Origin: an uncultured Candidatus Rokubacteria bacterium
GTDB lineage: Bacteria > Methylomirabilota > Methylomirabilia > Rokubacteriales > CSP1-6
Assembly: GCA_963771355.1 (NCBI GenBank)
Contig: CAVYTA010000004.1
Span: forward strand, 248,252 to 312,251
DNA: 64,000 bases
Reading direction: 5' to 3'
Shown here: positions 1-8,994 of the stretch, piece after piece
Layout: the number at the start of each line of letters is the position of its first letter
How positions within the stretch are numbered: the first letter of the stretch is position 1
The notes under the pieces: generated by a model
The model's input: the letters and a program-made list of their open reading frames with translations, nothing else
Database searches by the model: none
What the model was told of the DNA's origin: nothing
Translations under genes and position numbers: made by a program

Positions 1-1
1 C

Positions 2-1117
2 ACTAGGCTACCTATCAGAGTCATTGCTGCTGCACTATCCCTCTCCACGGTCGCGTGCGCCGTGCCACCTAAGAGAGTGAACCCTGTTGGCCTTTCCTTT
101 GCTGCGTATGAAGACGCTGCGCGCCGCAGCTGGACCGGGCCTCAGGACCGCCCATTGGCCACGGCGATCTGGTATCCCGCAGCGCCGGGAAGTCGTGAAT
201 CTGAATGGCGAGTCGGCATCTTCAACGCCGGGTGGAACGCACAAAAGGCCCCGCTGTCCGCTGCCACCACCAAACGTCCGTTGGTCGTCCTATCGCACGG
301 AACCGGCGGTGGAGCGGCAGGAATGGCCTGGCTTGCCGAGACCCTCGCGTCGAATGGGTATATCGTTGCTGCTGTAAATCACCACGGCAACACGGCGGCC
401 GAACCTTCATACCAGCTTGAAGGGTTTATCCTGTGGTGGGAACGGGCGAGGGATATTTCGGTCCTCATCGACAAGGTGTCGGCCGACCCACAGTTTGGCG
501 CTCACATAGACCCATCTCGAATCGGAGTCGCAGGGTTCTCTCTAGGTGGGTATACCGCGTTGGCAACGGTTGGCGCCAGGCTCGCGTATCAGCAGTGGAA
601 GAGCTTTTGCGCCAGCCAGCCACTAGAGCCAAACTGCAACTTGCCCCCGGAAGCTTCCTTCTCTATGGCAAACGTCCAGCGACTTCTCGATCACGATGAT
701 CGTGTCAAGGAGGCGGTCAGCCACTCGCACGAGTCATTCCGTGATGCACGAGTCAGGGCAGCATTCGCCATTGCCCCGGTGCTCGGGCCGGCCATGACAA
801 GGGCCAGTCTGGCTGAGGTTAAGGCTCCGGTCCGCATCATCGTCGGCTCGAAGGATGACCAAGCGGCTCCAGACGTCAACGCGAGGCCGATAGCATCTGC
901 CATTCCGTACGCTGAACTCGAGATTATCCCCAACGTCATGCACTATACGTTCCTCGCCAGATGCAATTTCTTGGGTAAAGTCATGGCGCGCTCGCTCTGC
1001 ACTGACCCTGACGAGATCGACAGGGAGGAAGTGCACAGAAGGATCAGCGCCGACGCGCTCAGCTTCTTCAACCGCACACTACGAGGAGAACTAGACGGCA
1101 ATGAAGCACGCAAATAA
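2..1117 (+). CDS. Alpha/beta hydrolase (predicted dienelactone hydrolase/PAF-AH-like), probable lipoprotein, 5'-partial
   Basis: SHGTGG oxyanion motif and GFSLGG nucleophile elbow. The frame is open back to base 2 and reads IRVIAAALSLSTVAC (signal peptide/lipobox), so the start is probably upstream of the window. Confidence 0.8.
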   Translation, partial: TRLPIRVIAAALSLSTVACAVPPKRVNPVGLSFAAYEDAARRSWTGPQDRPLATAIWYPAAPGSRESEWRVGIFNAGWNAQKAPLSAATTKRPLVVLSHGTGGGAAGMAWLAETLASNGYIVAAVNHHGNTAAEPSYQLEGFILWWERARDISVLIDKVSADPQFGAHIDPSRIGVAGFSLGGYTALATVGARLAYQQWKSFCASQPLEPNCNLPPEASFSMANVQRLLDHDDRVKEAVSHSHESFRDARVRAAFAIAPVLGPAMTRASLAEVKAPVRIIVGSKDDQAAPDVNARPIASAIPYAELEIIPNVMHYTFLARCNFLGKVMARSLCTDPDEIDREEVHRRISADALSFFNRTLRGELDGNEARK

Positions 1118-1700
1118 GCTGGCAGCGGCTACTCTCGCCATCTTGTTGATGGTCGCGCCGGGGCTCGCCAGCGACGATTCCAGCGAAGCGTGGGCGGCGC
1201 TGGCCAAGGGCGGCCACGTGGCGTTGATTCGGCACGGTAACGCGCCGCCCGGCTATGGCGGCGACCCGCCCGGCTTCAGGTTCGACGACTGCAAGACGCA
1301 ACGGAACCTGGATGACGTGGGGCGCGAGCAAGCCAGGGCGCTTGGTGAGGCATTTCGGAAGCACGGCGTGCGCGTGGACCGGATCGTGTCTTCGCCCATC
1401 TGCCGCTGCGTGGAGACGGGGCAGTTGATGGCGGTCGGCTCGGTTGAGACTTCGGGGGGCCTCCTGCCTGATATCGGGTCGGGTAGAGCCCGGGTCCTGG
1501 AGCTGGAGGAGATGGTGTCTTCGTGGCGGGGACCGGGCACGCTGGTGCTGGTGACTCACGCGCTGACCGTCGGGCGCCTGACCGGATTCACCCTGGAACA
1601 GGCCGAAACGCTCGTGCTTCAACCGACCCCTGAGAAGCTGCCGGCCGGCCATCTTCCACGGGGGGGACGCTTGGCGGGCAGGATCCCGCCACCCCAATAG
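1101..1700 (+). CDS. Histidine phosphatase family protein, secreted
   Basis: LIRHG motif, SSPICRC, LVTH; N-terminal signal peptide. Confidence 0.85.
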   Translation: MKHANKLAAATLAILLMVAPGLASDDSSEAWAALAKGGHVALIRHGNAPPGYGGDPPGFRFDDCKTQRNLDDVGREQARALGEAFRKHGVRVDRIVSSPICRCVETGQLMAVGSVETSGGLLPDIGSGRARVLELEEMVSSWRGPGTLVLVTHALTVGRLTGFTLEQAETLVLQPTPEKLPAGHLPRGGRLAGRIPPPQ

Positions 1701-1707
1701 GGACGGA

Positions 1708-1765
1708 GACCCTCGCGCTCGAGCGGACGCGCTTCGCGCGCGACCGGGACATTAGAGGGAGCCGG
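1708..1765 (+). repeat. Degenerate attC-like site
   Basis: GAC-N10-GAGCGGACGCGCTTCGCGCG...GACCGGGACATTAGAGGG; shares 13/13 nt GAGCGGACGCGCT and its 3' end with 5186-5243. Confidence 0.6.
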
Positions 1766-2158
1766 ATGAAATACGGCATCGAGGTATTGGGTGAACAGCC
1801 GGGCGACGGACCGATCGTCGAACGCCGCGAGTCGTACCGCATCCGCGTGAAGATGTGGCTGAACCGAGGCGATCTGGTTCGATGGGAGCGTCCCTGGGAT
1901 TTTCTTACTCAGGCATACCTCGAGGACGATGGCGCCACACTCGTTACCGACGTGCGCATGGATCGAGCCTTCCTGATTCCTGGCCTCTTCTACGGGATGG
2001 AGGGGATGCGAATCGGGGGCACACGAAAGCTCCGCATTCCGCCCTCGTTCGCTTTCGGTGAGACCGGGATCCCCGATCGCATCCCGCCGAATGCCGTGAT
2101 CACAGCGGAGGTATCCGTGCTGGCGAAGGGGACCGCATCAGGCTGCACAATCACGTAA
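1766..2158 (+). CDS. FKBP-type peptidyl-prolyl isomerase-like protein
   Basis: IPGLFYGMEGMRIGGTRKLRIPPSFAFG...IPPNAVITAEV matches the FKBP C-terminal half. Confidence 0.8.
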   Translation: MKYGIEVLGEQPGDGPIVERRESYRIRVKMWLNRGDLVRWERPWDFLTQAYLEDDGATLVTDVRMDRAFLIPGLFYGMEGMRIGGTRKLRIPPSFAFGETGIPDRIPPNAVITAEVSVLAKGTASGCTIT

Positions 2159-2256
2159 GGCACGCTGGCGCCACCATGGGCATGGGCTCGAGCAGCGTAG
2201 GGTAAACTCAGAGCGATAGCCCATTAAGGGGCCCCTTCAGGAGGAGGACAAAGAGA

Positions 2257-2556
2257 ATGCTTCTGGACGTCAAGATTCCGCATGAGACCTTCAACGCTGC
2301 AGTCCGGGACGGGAGCGCCGGGGAGAAACTGAAGCGAATTCTGGAGGCTACGAAGCCGGAGGCAGTCTACTTCACGGAGCGCGACGGGCACCGTGGCGGG
2401 ATCCTGATCGTGAATCTGGACGACCCGTCGAAGATTCCGGCGTTGGTGGAGCCGTGGTTTCTCACCTTCAACGCAGATGTAGAGATCCGCGTGGCGATGA
2501 CACCGGAGGATCTGGCCCGTGCCGGCCTCGATGCGCTTGGGAAGAAGTGGGTATAG
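2257..2556 (+). CDS. Small conserved protein (GYD/DUF3303-like ferredoxin fold)
   Basis: KPEAVYFTE.DG.RG...EPWFLTFNADVE..AMTPEDL; strong GGAGGAGG RBS. Confidence 0.7.
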   Translation: MLLDVKIPHETFNAAVRDGSAGEKLKRILEATKPEAVYFTERDGHRGGILIVNLDDPSKIPALVEPWFLTFNADVEIRVAMTPEDLARAGLDALGKKWV

Positions 2557-2560
2557 GCCC

Positions 2561-2581
2561 CGATAACTTCGCAGTTCAGCG
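2561..2581 (+). repeat. attC-like left-arm remnant
   Basis: GATAACTTCGCAGTTCAGCG aligns with TCCAACCCCGCAGTCCAGCG at 4353; begins 5 nt after a stop codon. Confidence 0.5.
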
Positions 2582-3409
2582 ATGACGGGAAGCGTTCCTC
2601 CACGGATCTACTGCATTCCAGCGACGGTGGCGCCGATCGTGGCGGTGTTCCGGCGCGGGCCGACGAACTGGTCCCACGTGGGTCGCTGGGATCTCGGAGA
2701 GAGACGGTACGAGGCCGGCGCGTGGCTCGGTGGACGGATCTTTCCACGACGGTCCGATCTCTCCCCCGACGGTCGTTTCCTCTGCTACTTTGCGCATAAG
2801 CCCAGCGCCACCTGGGAACACGGGGAGGCGTACGTGGCCTTGTCGAAGGTCCCCTGGCTCACCGCGCTCCACGCCTTCCGTACCTGTGGCACGTGGACGC
2901 GTGGCTACTACTTCACCGAGGCTGACGATGACGAGAACCCAGCGGAGACGAACCTTCCGATCCCCTACGGGTTGCGCTCCATTCCGGTGATTCAATTTGC
3001 GAACGAACGACGTCGCGGCTGGGAGGAAGCGACGGACTCTCCCCCACGCGACCCCGGGGACGCATGGGATGAGCGCCGCAACGCCCGCATCCAGAAACGC
3101 CAGCCCGGCGGCGACCGGCTACTGTGTGTGGAAAGTCTCGGACGGGCGGGAGGCGAGTTCGGCGTCGATCAGGCGGTCGACGGCCTGCGTGTCAGCTACT
3201 GGCTGGAAGTAAGTGGAGAGATCCAACTCTTGAATCACCTCCAATGGGCGGACTGGGATCGAGAAGGACACCTGCTGGTCGCCACACGGAGCGGGCAGCT
3301 TCAGGTCTGGAAACTCGATGGCGATGGCTCCGAGGTACTGTTCGAAGAAGACCTGTCTGTCTCCGAGCCGAACCCGATTCCCGCGCCGGCATGGGCCACG
3401 CGATGGTAA
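2582..3409 (+). CDS. Hypothetical protein (Trp-rich, possible beta-propeller/TolB-like repeat)
   Basis: Long ORF in the co-oriented array; DLSPDGR and WADWDREGHLLVAT segments. Confidence 0.7.
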   Translation: MTGSVPPRIYCIPATVAPIVAVFRRGPTNWSHVGRWDLGERRYEAGAWLGGRIFPRRSDLSPDGRFLCYFAHKPSATWEHGEAYVALSKVPWLTALHAFRTCGTWTRGYYFTEADDDENPAETNLPIPYGLRSIPVIQFANERRRGWEEATDSPPRDPGDAWDERRNARIQKRQPGGDRLLCVESLGRAGGEFGVDQAVDGLRVSYWLEVSGEIQLLNHLQWADWDREGHLLVATRSGQLQVWKLDGDGSEVLFEEDLSVSEPNPIPAPAWATRW

Positions 3410-3420
3410 GGGGCTGGGAC

Positions 3421-3441
3421 GACGCCCCGTGTTCAGCGGAC
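3421..3441 (+). repeat. attC-like left-arm remnant
   Basis: GAC-N10-CAGCGGAC starting 12 nt after a stop; same spacing as the copy at 1708. Confidence 0.45.
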
Positions 3442-3455
3442 ACACGGCAATCGTC

Positions 3456-4118
3456 ATGACCGACCCGGACCGCCTGGCACACACGGCGCGCGTTCTGAGC
3501 GCACACGGCCTAACCTTGCCCGAGCATTACGTGATGTGCTCGGCGGGCTATCGCGTGACGCTGCCTTCCGAGGCGTTCGTCTCGCACGCGTTCGCAGTCA
3601 CGGAAGGCGACCCTCGTGGCCACCCGGCGCGTCCAGAGCTGGCGGCGGCCCTCCGGCGGCTTCAGACACGTGGGCTGATGTCATGCCTGACCGCAGCGGC
3701 CCTTCGCGCGGACGCCCGACGGAGGGCCGCCTCCAGGGTTCCGGAGGTAATCACCGAATACCGAGTCGGTCACGTCGATTTCACTCCCAAAGGATACGGG
3801 GTCCATCGGGAGGTGATTCGAGCCATCCACGGCGACGACTTTCTCGCACGGAGCGACGCGGGCTTCAATCTCGATCTGGACGCGGGCCGCTTCGACGTGT
3901 ATGCCGTGAGCGTGGACGAGTGTCGCCGGCTGATGGACGAGATCCAAGCCGGGGGCGACGATTACACGGGTGCAGAGTGCACCCGGTTCGTTGGTCGGGA
4001 CGGGCCGGCCGCGATCGCGGCATGGCGGCCCAATCGCTTCTTTGTGCGCGAGGCCGGGTATCATGGCGCTCTGCGCTTTATCAGCGATGCCGCCGAGCTG
4101 GCCGTTCGGCATAGCTGA
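3456..4118 (+). CDS. Hypothetical protein
   Basis: ORF filling the gap between neighbours; ATG at 3456 chosen to avoid overlap. Confidence 0.6.
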   Translation: MTDPDRLAHTARVLSAHGLTLPEHYVMCSAGYRVTLPSEAFVSHAFAVTEGDPRGHPARPELAAALRRLQTRGLMSCLTAAALRADARRRAASRVPEVITEYRVGHVDFTPKGYGVHREVIRAIHGDDFLARSDAGFNLDLDAGRFDVYAVSVDECRRLMDEIQAGGDDYTGAECTRFVGRDGPAAIAAWRPNRFFVREAGYHGALRFISDAAELAVRHS

Positions 4119-4179
4119 GCGGAAACGCGGTGGTCGTGGCCCCCGATACGGAGCGTCCGATATCAGAGAGGAGGCCCTG

Positions 4180-4329
4180 GTGACACCAGAAAATCACAAG
4201 GCGATCGCTCGGCGGTTCTTCGAGGACGTCTGGAACAAGCAAGCGTTAGAGGCGATCGACGACATCTTCGCTGCGTCTGTGGCGGATGAGCTCAGCATCC
4301 TACAGCAGCTCGGCCAGTTGAGCGCATGA
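4180..4329 (+). pseudogene. Internally deleted SnoaL-like ester cyclase
   Basis: N-terminus ENHKAIARRFFEDVWN joined directly to the C-terminal DELSILQQLG; only 49 aa; RBS GAGGAGG retained. Confidence 0.7.
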
Positions 4330-4351
4330 CCCCCACGCCGAACCGGCGGAT

Positions 4352-4392
4352 GTCCAACCCCGCAGTCCAGCGGTTTGCGGGCTCGCGCTGCT
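4352..4392 (+). repeat. attC-like left-arm remnant with intact RYYYAAC
   Basis: GTCCAAC-CCCGCAGTC-CAGCGG...GGCTCGCGCTGCT; no GTTRRRY partner downstream. Confidence 0.55.
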
Positions 4393-4421
4393 GGCCATCA
4401 CACTGAGAGAGGAGAATCGCC

Positions 4422-5177
4422 ATGCCGTTCTACGAACGAGGCCCCGTCCGCATCCACTACCAGGAGGCAGGTTCCGGCTTCCCCCTGCTGCTCATTCCCG
4501 GCGGCGGGCTCAATTCAGCCCTATCATCCTGGCAGACCGCCTCGCCCTTCAACCCGATGGAACGGTACAAGGGCGACTTCCGCTGTATCTGCGCCGACCT
4601 GCGCAATGCCAATCCCGGCCAGTCCAGCGGCCCGCTGGAGATCGACCGTCCCTGGGACGCCTATGCCGACGACCAGCTTGGCCTGATGGACCACCTCGGC
4701 ATCCGGGAGTTCCTGGTCATGGGCTTCTGCATCGGCGGACCGATGATCCATAACCTGATCAAGCGGGCGCCGGAGCGCGTCGTCGCGGCCGCGATGATGC
4801 AACCCAGCGGGTCCAGGCCTGAGCTCCCGGACCTGTTCTACCAGAACAACATCAAGGGCTGGGGACCCGCGCTGTGCGAGAAGCGCCCCGACGTCACGAT
4901 GGCCATGGTCCATGACTTCCTCACCAGCATGTACACCAACCGCGCCGACTTCGTTTTCACCGTGTCGCGCGATTTCGTGCGCTCGATCCAGACGCCGCTG
5001 CTGATCGCGCCGGACGACGTGCCCGCGCACCCGTACAAGGTCGCGATGGAGGTGGCTAGCCTCGCCCGGAACGCCGAGGTGACCATCTATCCCTGGAAGG
5101 ATTCGCAGGAGCACATCGACGAGGTCGTGGAGCACGCGCGGCGCTTCCTCAAGGCGCACGAGCCCGTCAGAGCCTAG
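4422..5177 (+). CDS. Alpha/beta hydrolase (Cys at the nucleophile position)
   Basis: LLLIPGGG, ADLRNA, MGFCIGG elbow; RBS GAGGAG. Confidence 0.85.
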   Translation: MPFYERGPVRIHYQEAGSGFPLLLIPGGGLNSALSSWQTASPFNPMERYKGDFRCICADLRNANPGQSSGPLEIDRPWDAYADDQLGLMDHLGIREFLVMGFCIGGPMIHNLIKRAPERVVAAAMMQPSGSRPELPDLFYQNNIKGWGPALCEKRPDVTMAMVHDFLTSMYTNRADFVFTVSRDFVRSIQTPLLIAPDDVPAHPYKVAMEVASLARNAEVTIYPWKDSQEHIDEVVEHARRFLKAHEPVRA

Positions 5178-5185
5178 GATTTCTC

Positions 5186-5243
5186 CATCAACGTGGGAGC
5201 GGACGCGCTCGGTGCACCGCTGACCGTGGACGTTAAAGGGCCG
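5186..5243 (+). repeat. Degenerate attC-like site (most complete copy)
   Basis: [46 protein letters not shown]-box-like inverted pair AGCGG/CCGCT plus a GTT core. Confidence 0.65.
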
Positions 5244-5245
5244 GT

Positions 5246-5725
5246 GTGATGGGCATTCTGGACTTCCTAAAGCGGCCCGCGTTCAGAGATCCGGTGGTGG
5301 GCAATCTTCTCCGCCAAGGGCGCTACTGGCGAGGCCAGATCAGCCTCGGATCGGAGCGTGACGTGCCGATGCTTCTCGCCGGATCTCGGGCCGCTCCGGA
5401 CGAAGCAGGCCTCGGACTCGCTCGCGAGCTCGGTCCTCGGTACGCGACGCTTCTACCGGCCATCGAGCGGGCGCTGTTCGAGCACCAAGAGCCGTATGCC
5501 GAGGCGGTGGCATCAGGCGAGGCCGGGCATCTGGTGGAAGTCCCGCGCCTTGCGAGTCCGGAGCAAGTGTGGGGGCATATCTCGGTCGTGCGCGTGCTGA
5601 TCGAACCATTGGACGGGGTCGATACGGTGGAGATTGCCTATCGGACGGACTGGGACACGGAACACACGCTGGGTGCTCGGTTTCAGGGCTGGGCATTGAT
5701 CGAACTCAATGGCAGTGTCATCTGA
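5246..5725 (+). CDS. Hypothetical protein
   Basis: ORF ending WDTEHTLGARF...ELNGSV; starts just after the GTT core. Confidence 0.7.
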   Translation: MMGILDFLKRPAFRDPVVGNLLRQGRYWRGQISLGSERDVPMLLAGSRAAPDEAGLGLARELGPRYATLLPAIERALFEHQEPYAEAVASGEAGHLVEVPRLASPEQVWGHISVVRVLIEPLDGVDTVEIAYRTDWDTEHTLGARFQGWALIELNGSVI

Positions 5726-5816
5726 GGGGACGGGACCGGGTGAGAGAGGAGCCATCAAAGTAAGCTATGGCCATGTGGGTGGGACATACACGACCAGCTA
5801 ACCTCGGAGGGCCTCC

Positions 5817-6620
5817 ATGATCATTGGCCTGGCGTCGCCTGGTATCGCCTCAACCCTTGATGAGGGCTTGGACCGGATCCAGCGGCTCCTGTCCGAAGCG
5901 TCGACCCAGGGCGCGGAGATCGTGTGTTTCCCGGAAGCCTATCTCCCGGGACTGCGGGGACAGGATTTTGAAGTAATGCCCTTTGATCTGGCGCTCCAGG
6001 AGCGGGCACTCGGGGCCGTGGCTCAGTGGGCGCGAACCTATGGGGTGGCCACTATCCTCGGGATGGAAAGGATCACGGGGGCGGGTCGGCAGATTGTCGC
6101 GTTCGTCATCGACGCCCGGGGCCAGATTCAGGGATACCAAACCAAGAACCAACTAGACCCGACCGAGGATCAGTTCTACGTGCCTGGCGATACCCGGCGA
6201 CTCTTCGAGATCAACGGGACGAAGTTTGGAGTGGCGATCTGCCATGAGGGCTGGCGCTATCCGGAGACGGTGCGGTGGGCGGCGGTGCGGGGCGCCAAGA
6301 TCGTCTTCCACCCCCATCACACGGGGAGTGATCGAGAAGGTGTCCGACTGTCGGAATGGGGCGCGGCCAGCAGCCCGTACTACGAGAAGGCGATGGCCAT
6401 GCGCAGCCGGGAGAACACGATCTACTTTGCCAGCGTCAACTACGCGTTGCGCTTCCAGGAATCGGCGACAAGTCTGATCACCCCGTCCGGCGAGTGCCAG
6501 GCGTACCTCCCTTATGGGCAGGAAGGCGTACTGGTGCAGGCCATCAAGGTCGAGGAAGCAACCGGATTGCTCGCGAGTCGATACGCACCCCAGCGCTATC
6601 CAGAATTCCCGCGGGAGTGA
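5817..6620 (+). CDS. Carbon-nitrogen hydrolase (nitrilase superfamily)
   Basis: Catalytic E-K-C: FPEA, QTKNQL, AICHEG. Confidence 0.9.
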   Translation: MIIGLASPGIASTLDEGLDRIQRLLSEASTQGAEIVCFPEAYLPGLRGQDFEVMPFDLALQERALGAVAQWARTYGVATILGMERITGAGRQIVAFVIDARGQIQGYQTKNQLDPTEDQFYVPGDTRRLFEINGTKFGVAICHEGWRYPETVRWAAVRGAKIVFHPHHTGSDREGVRLSEWGAASSPYYEKAMAMRSRENTIYFASVNYALRFQESATSLITPSGECQAYLPYGQEGVLVQAIKVEEATGLLASRYAPQRYPEFPRE

Positions 6621-6622
6621 CC

Positions 6623-6666
6623 GCTCAACCCCGCATGCCGTCGACGCCGTTCCGCCGGCGTTAGGG
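6623..6666 (+). repeat. Shortened attC-like site
   Basis: GCTCAAC (RYYYAAC) 2 nt after a stop and GTTAGGG 8 nt before the next start; only 44 bp. Confidence 0.55.
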
Positions 6667-6674
6667 CGCTGCCC

Positions 6675-7493
6675 GTGCTGGCCACCCTCAGACAGGCTCG
6701 CCGCGCGGACATTCCGGCGATGCATCGTGTTCGGCTCGCCGTGCGTGAGAACCGGCTCACCTCGAGGATCACCGAAGAGGACTATATTCCGGCGATCGAG
6801 GAAACCGGTCGTGGGTGGGTCGTCGAAGTCGACGGTGGGGTGGTAGGCTTTGCGGTCGGAAACGCGGCGACCGGGAACATCTGGGCATTGTTCGTGGATC
6901 CCGCGCATGAAGGTCAGGGCCATGGCCGCCGCTTGCACGATGCCATGGTCGAGTGGCTGTTCTCTCGCGGTCTCGAGCGGCTATGGCTCAGTACCGATCC
7001 CAACACACGTGCCCACCGGTTCTACGAGTCGGCGGGATGGCGGCATACGGGTATGCTCGCCAACGGCGAAGCAACCTTTGAGCGCCATGCTCCAATCGGC
7101 CCGCACCCTATGCCGGGGAGGTCAGGAGGCATGATCAAGTTCGATCATCTCAGGATCCCGGTCACTGATCTGGCGCGCTCGCGCGACTGGTACATTCGCA
7201 CGCTGGGCCTGAAGGTCGAGTTCGAGGTTCCGGACCGGCAGACGGTCGCGCTCCAGGACAGCGACGGCTTTACGATCTTTCTTCAGGAGGTACCCCCTCC
7301 CGTCGTGCCAAACCAGTGCGCTCTGTGGTTTCAGGTCACCGATGTCGACACCATGTTCACGGACTGGTCCGCACGAGGAGTCGAGTTCGCCCATAGCCCG
7401 CGCAAGTCCTACTGGGGCTACGGGGCCGAGCTCGTCGATCCCGACGGGTACTTGATTCGGCTCTGGGACGAGCATTCGATGAAGGCAAAGTGA
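6675..7493 (+). CDS. GNAT acetyltransferase fused in frame to a VOC/glyoxalase domain (internal start at 7131)
   Basis: LFVDPAHEGQGHG and A.RFY..GW, then CAGGAGGC-ATG 7131 MIKFDHLRIPVTDL...DPDGY. Confidence 0.8.
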   Translation: MLATLRQARRADIPAMHRVRLAVRENRLTSRITEEDYIPAIEETGRGWVVEVDGGVVGFAVGNAATGNIWALFVDPAHEGQGHGRRLHDAMVEWLFSRGLERLWLSTDPNTRAHRFYESAGWRHTGMLANGEATFERHAPIGPHPMPGRSGGMIKFDHLRIPVTDLARSRDWYIRTLGLKVEFEVPDRQTVALQDSDGFTIFLQEVPPPVVPNQCALWFQVTDVDTMFTDWSARGVEFAHSPRKSYWGYGAELVDPDGYLIRLWDEHSMKAK

Positions 7494-7518
7494 CGGGGTT
7501 GCCGAACAGAGGGCGTGG

Positions 7519-8070
7519 ATGGCTACTCTCGAAGAGTACAGCGGGCTCCCGATAGAGGCTCGTCTCCGACGTCTGGAGCAGACGCCGGGCGAGCTGGAGC
7601 GCGACCTGTCTGGAAAGACGGACGCCGAGCTTTCCCGGCGCCCCGACGCCCACAATTGGGCCGTCAAGGAAATCGTCTGTCACCTGCGTGATGTCGAGGA
7701 GCTCTTCCAGATCCGGTTCCACACCGTGGTGGCCCTCGACGAGCCTCGCATCCTCGTGCTGGGGGCGCGCGCGAACGACCTGGCGGCCTGGCGGATCGGA
7801 GGCGCGATTGGCCACCCGCTCGATCCGGGGCGGTGGGCCGAGGAGCGCCAGTATCTCCGCAACGACACCGGTGAGGCGCTGGCCGCATTTCAGCGGCGCC
7901 GGACCGAGGTCTTGGTGCTCCTGCGTTCCCTCTCGCCGGCGGAATGGCAGCGCGGAGGTATTCATCTCAGCCAGGGTCGCCTCACTCTGGCGGACTGGGT
8001 GGCCAGGCTCGCCGCGCACGATGACAACCACGTCACCCAGCTCCGCCGCGCACTCGAAGGTCGGGCATGA
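7519..8070 (+). CDS. DinB family protein
   Basis: WAVKEIVCHL ... AAHDDNH His triad. Confidence 0.85.
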   Translation: MATLEEYSGLPIEARLRRLEQTPGELERDLSGKTDAELSRRPDAHNWAVKEIVCHLRDVEELFQIRFHTVVALDEPRILVLGARANDLAAWRIGGAIGHPLDPGRWAEERQYLRNDTGEALAAFQRRRTEVLVLLRSLSPAEWQRGGIHLSQGRLTLADWVARLAAHDDNHVTQLRRALEGRA

Positions 8071-8109
8071 AGTCGGAGCGGTGGTAGGATCGCCCGAAGG
8101 GGATCTCAC

Positions 8110-8517
8110 ATGGCATCGATTCGTAAAGAGATCGTAGTCGAGGTCAGCCCGGAGAATGTCTGGGCGGCGGTTCGCGATGTCGGCGCAATCCATGTGCGCC
8201 TGGTACGGGGCTTCGTGGTCGACTGTCGCCTGGAAGGCGACGCCCGGATCGTCACCTTTGCCAATGGGTTGGTCGTACGCGAGCTGATCGTGGACGTCGA
8301 CGACACCGCGCGCCGGCTGGCATGGGCGGTGGTGGGAGGACCGCTCACGCACCACAATGCGTCGGTGCAGGTGTTCGCCGAGGGGGCTGGTCATACCCGG
8401 CTCGTCTGGATCGCCGACTTGCTGCCGAACGAGATGGCCGGGACCATCGACGGAATGATCCAGCTGGGGATCGTCGCCATGAAGCGGACGCTGGAGGGCA
8501 ATTCGACGAATGGCTGA
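8110..8517 (+). CDS. SRPBCC/polyketide cyclase family protein
   Basis: SPENVWAAVRD, RIVTFANG, HHNASVQV. Confidence 0.85.
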   Translation: MASIRKEIVVEVSPENVWAAVRDVGAIHVRLVRGFVVDCRLEGDARIVTFANGLVVRELIVDVDDTARRLAWAVVGGPLTHHNASVQVFAEGAGHTRLVWIADLLPNEMAGTIDGMIQLGIVAMKRTLEGNSTNG

Positions 8518-8576
8518 ACGCAAACGGTGGGCTTCGGGGCTCCCACCCGCGGCCGTCTAGCTCGGGCGCCGGAGTG

Positions 8577-8903
8577 GTGCTGAGACCTCCCGCGATACTG
8601 ACGGTGTTGGCCTGCCTGGGTTTGACGACGTGGCCGTCGCTACAAGCGACAGAGCGCTGGTACCTGATGTCCCGACATGGGGATTGCGTGGAAGTCGACA
8701 CCCTCAAGCGCAAGGTGCCCGACCTCGGTGGTATCAACGACCCGCACTCGTTTGCCGGGCTTATGCGGCAGAAGGGATTCAAGGTGACGTCGATCCCGAC
8801 CTCGGTGCCGGCAGGACAGGCCCACCAGGTGAGCGTGCCGGAGAAGGACTTGTCCTTGATGTTCGTCACATCGGAAGTGTGTCGCGGATCAGGCGTGCGG
8901 TGA
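8577..8903 (+). CDS. Hypothetical secreted protein
   Basis: Signal-peptide-like N-terminus and two Cys in the mature part; start uncertain. Confidence 0.55.
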   Translation: MLRPPAILTVLACLGLTTWPSLQATERWYLMSRHGDCVEVDTLKRKVPDLGGINDPHSFAGLMRQKGFKVTSIPTSVPAGQAHQVSVPEKDLSLMFVTSEVCRGSGVR

Positions 8904-8994
8904 ACGGCCGCCCCGCCGAGGCGAAGGTGAGTGACGGTGCACCATCGACTCGAAGCAGCGCGGCGCGGTTCCCGCGCGGGCGTCTCCGGCTTAG

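Noticed and set aside
2..8. ACTAGGC as a mutated GTTAGGC core site
   Set aside because: It lies inside the open frame encoding the signal peptide of the first gene.
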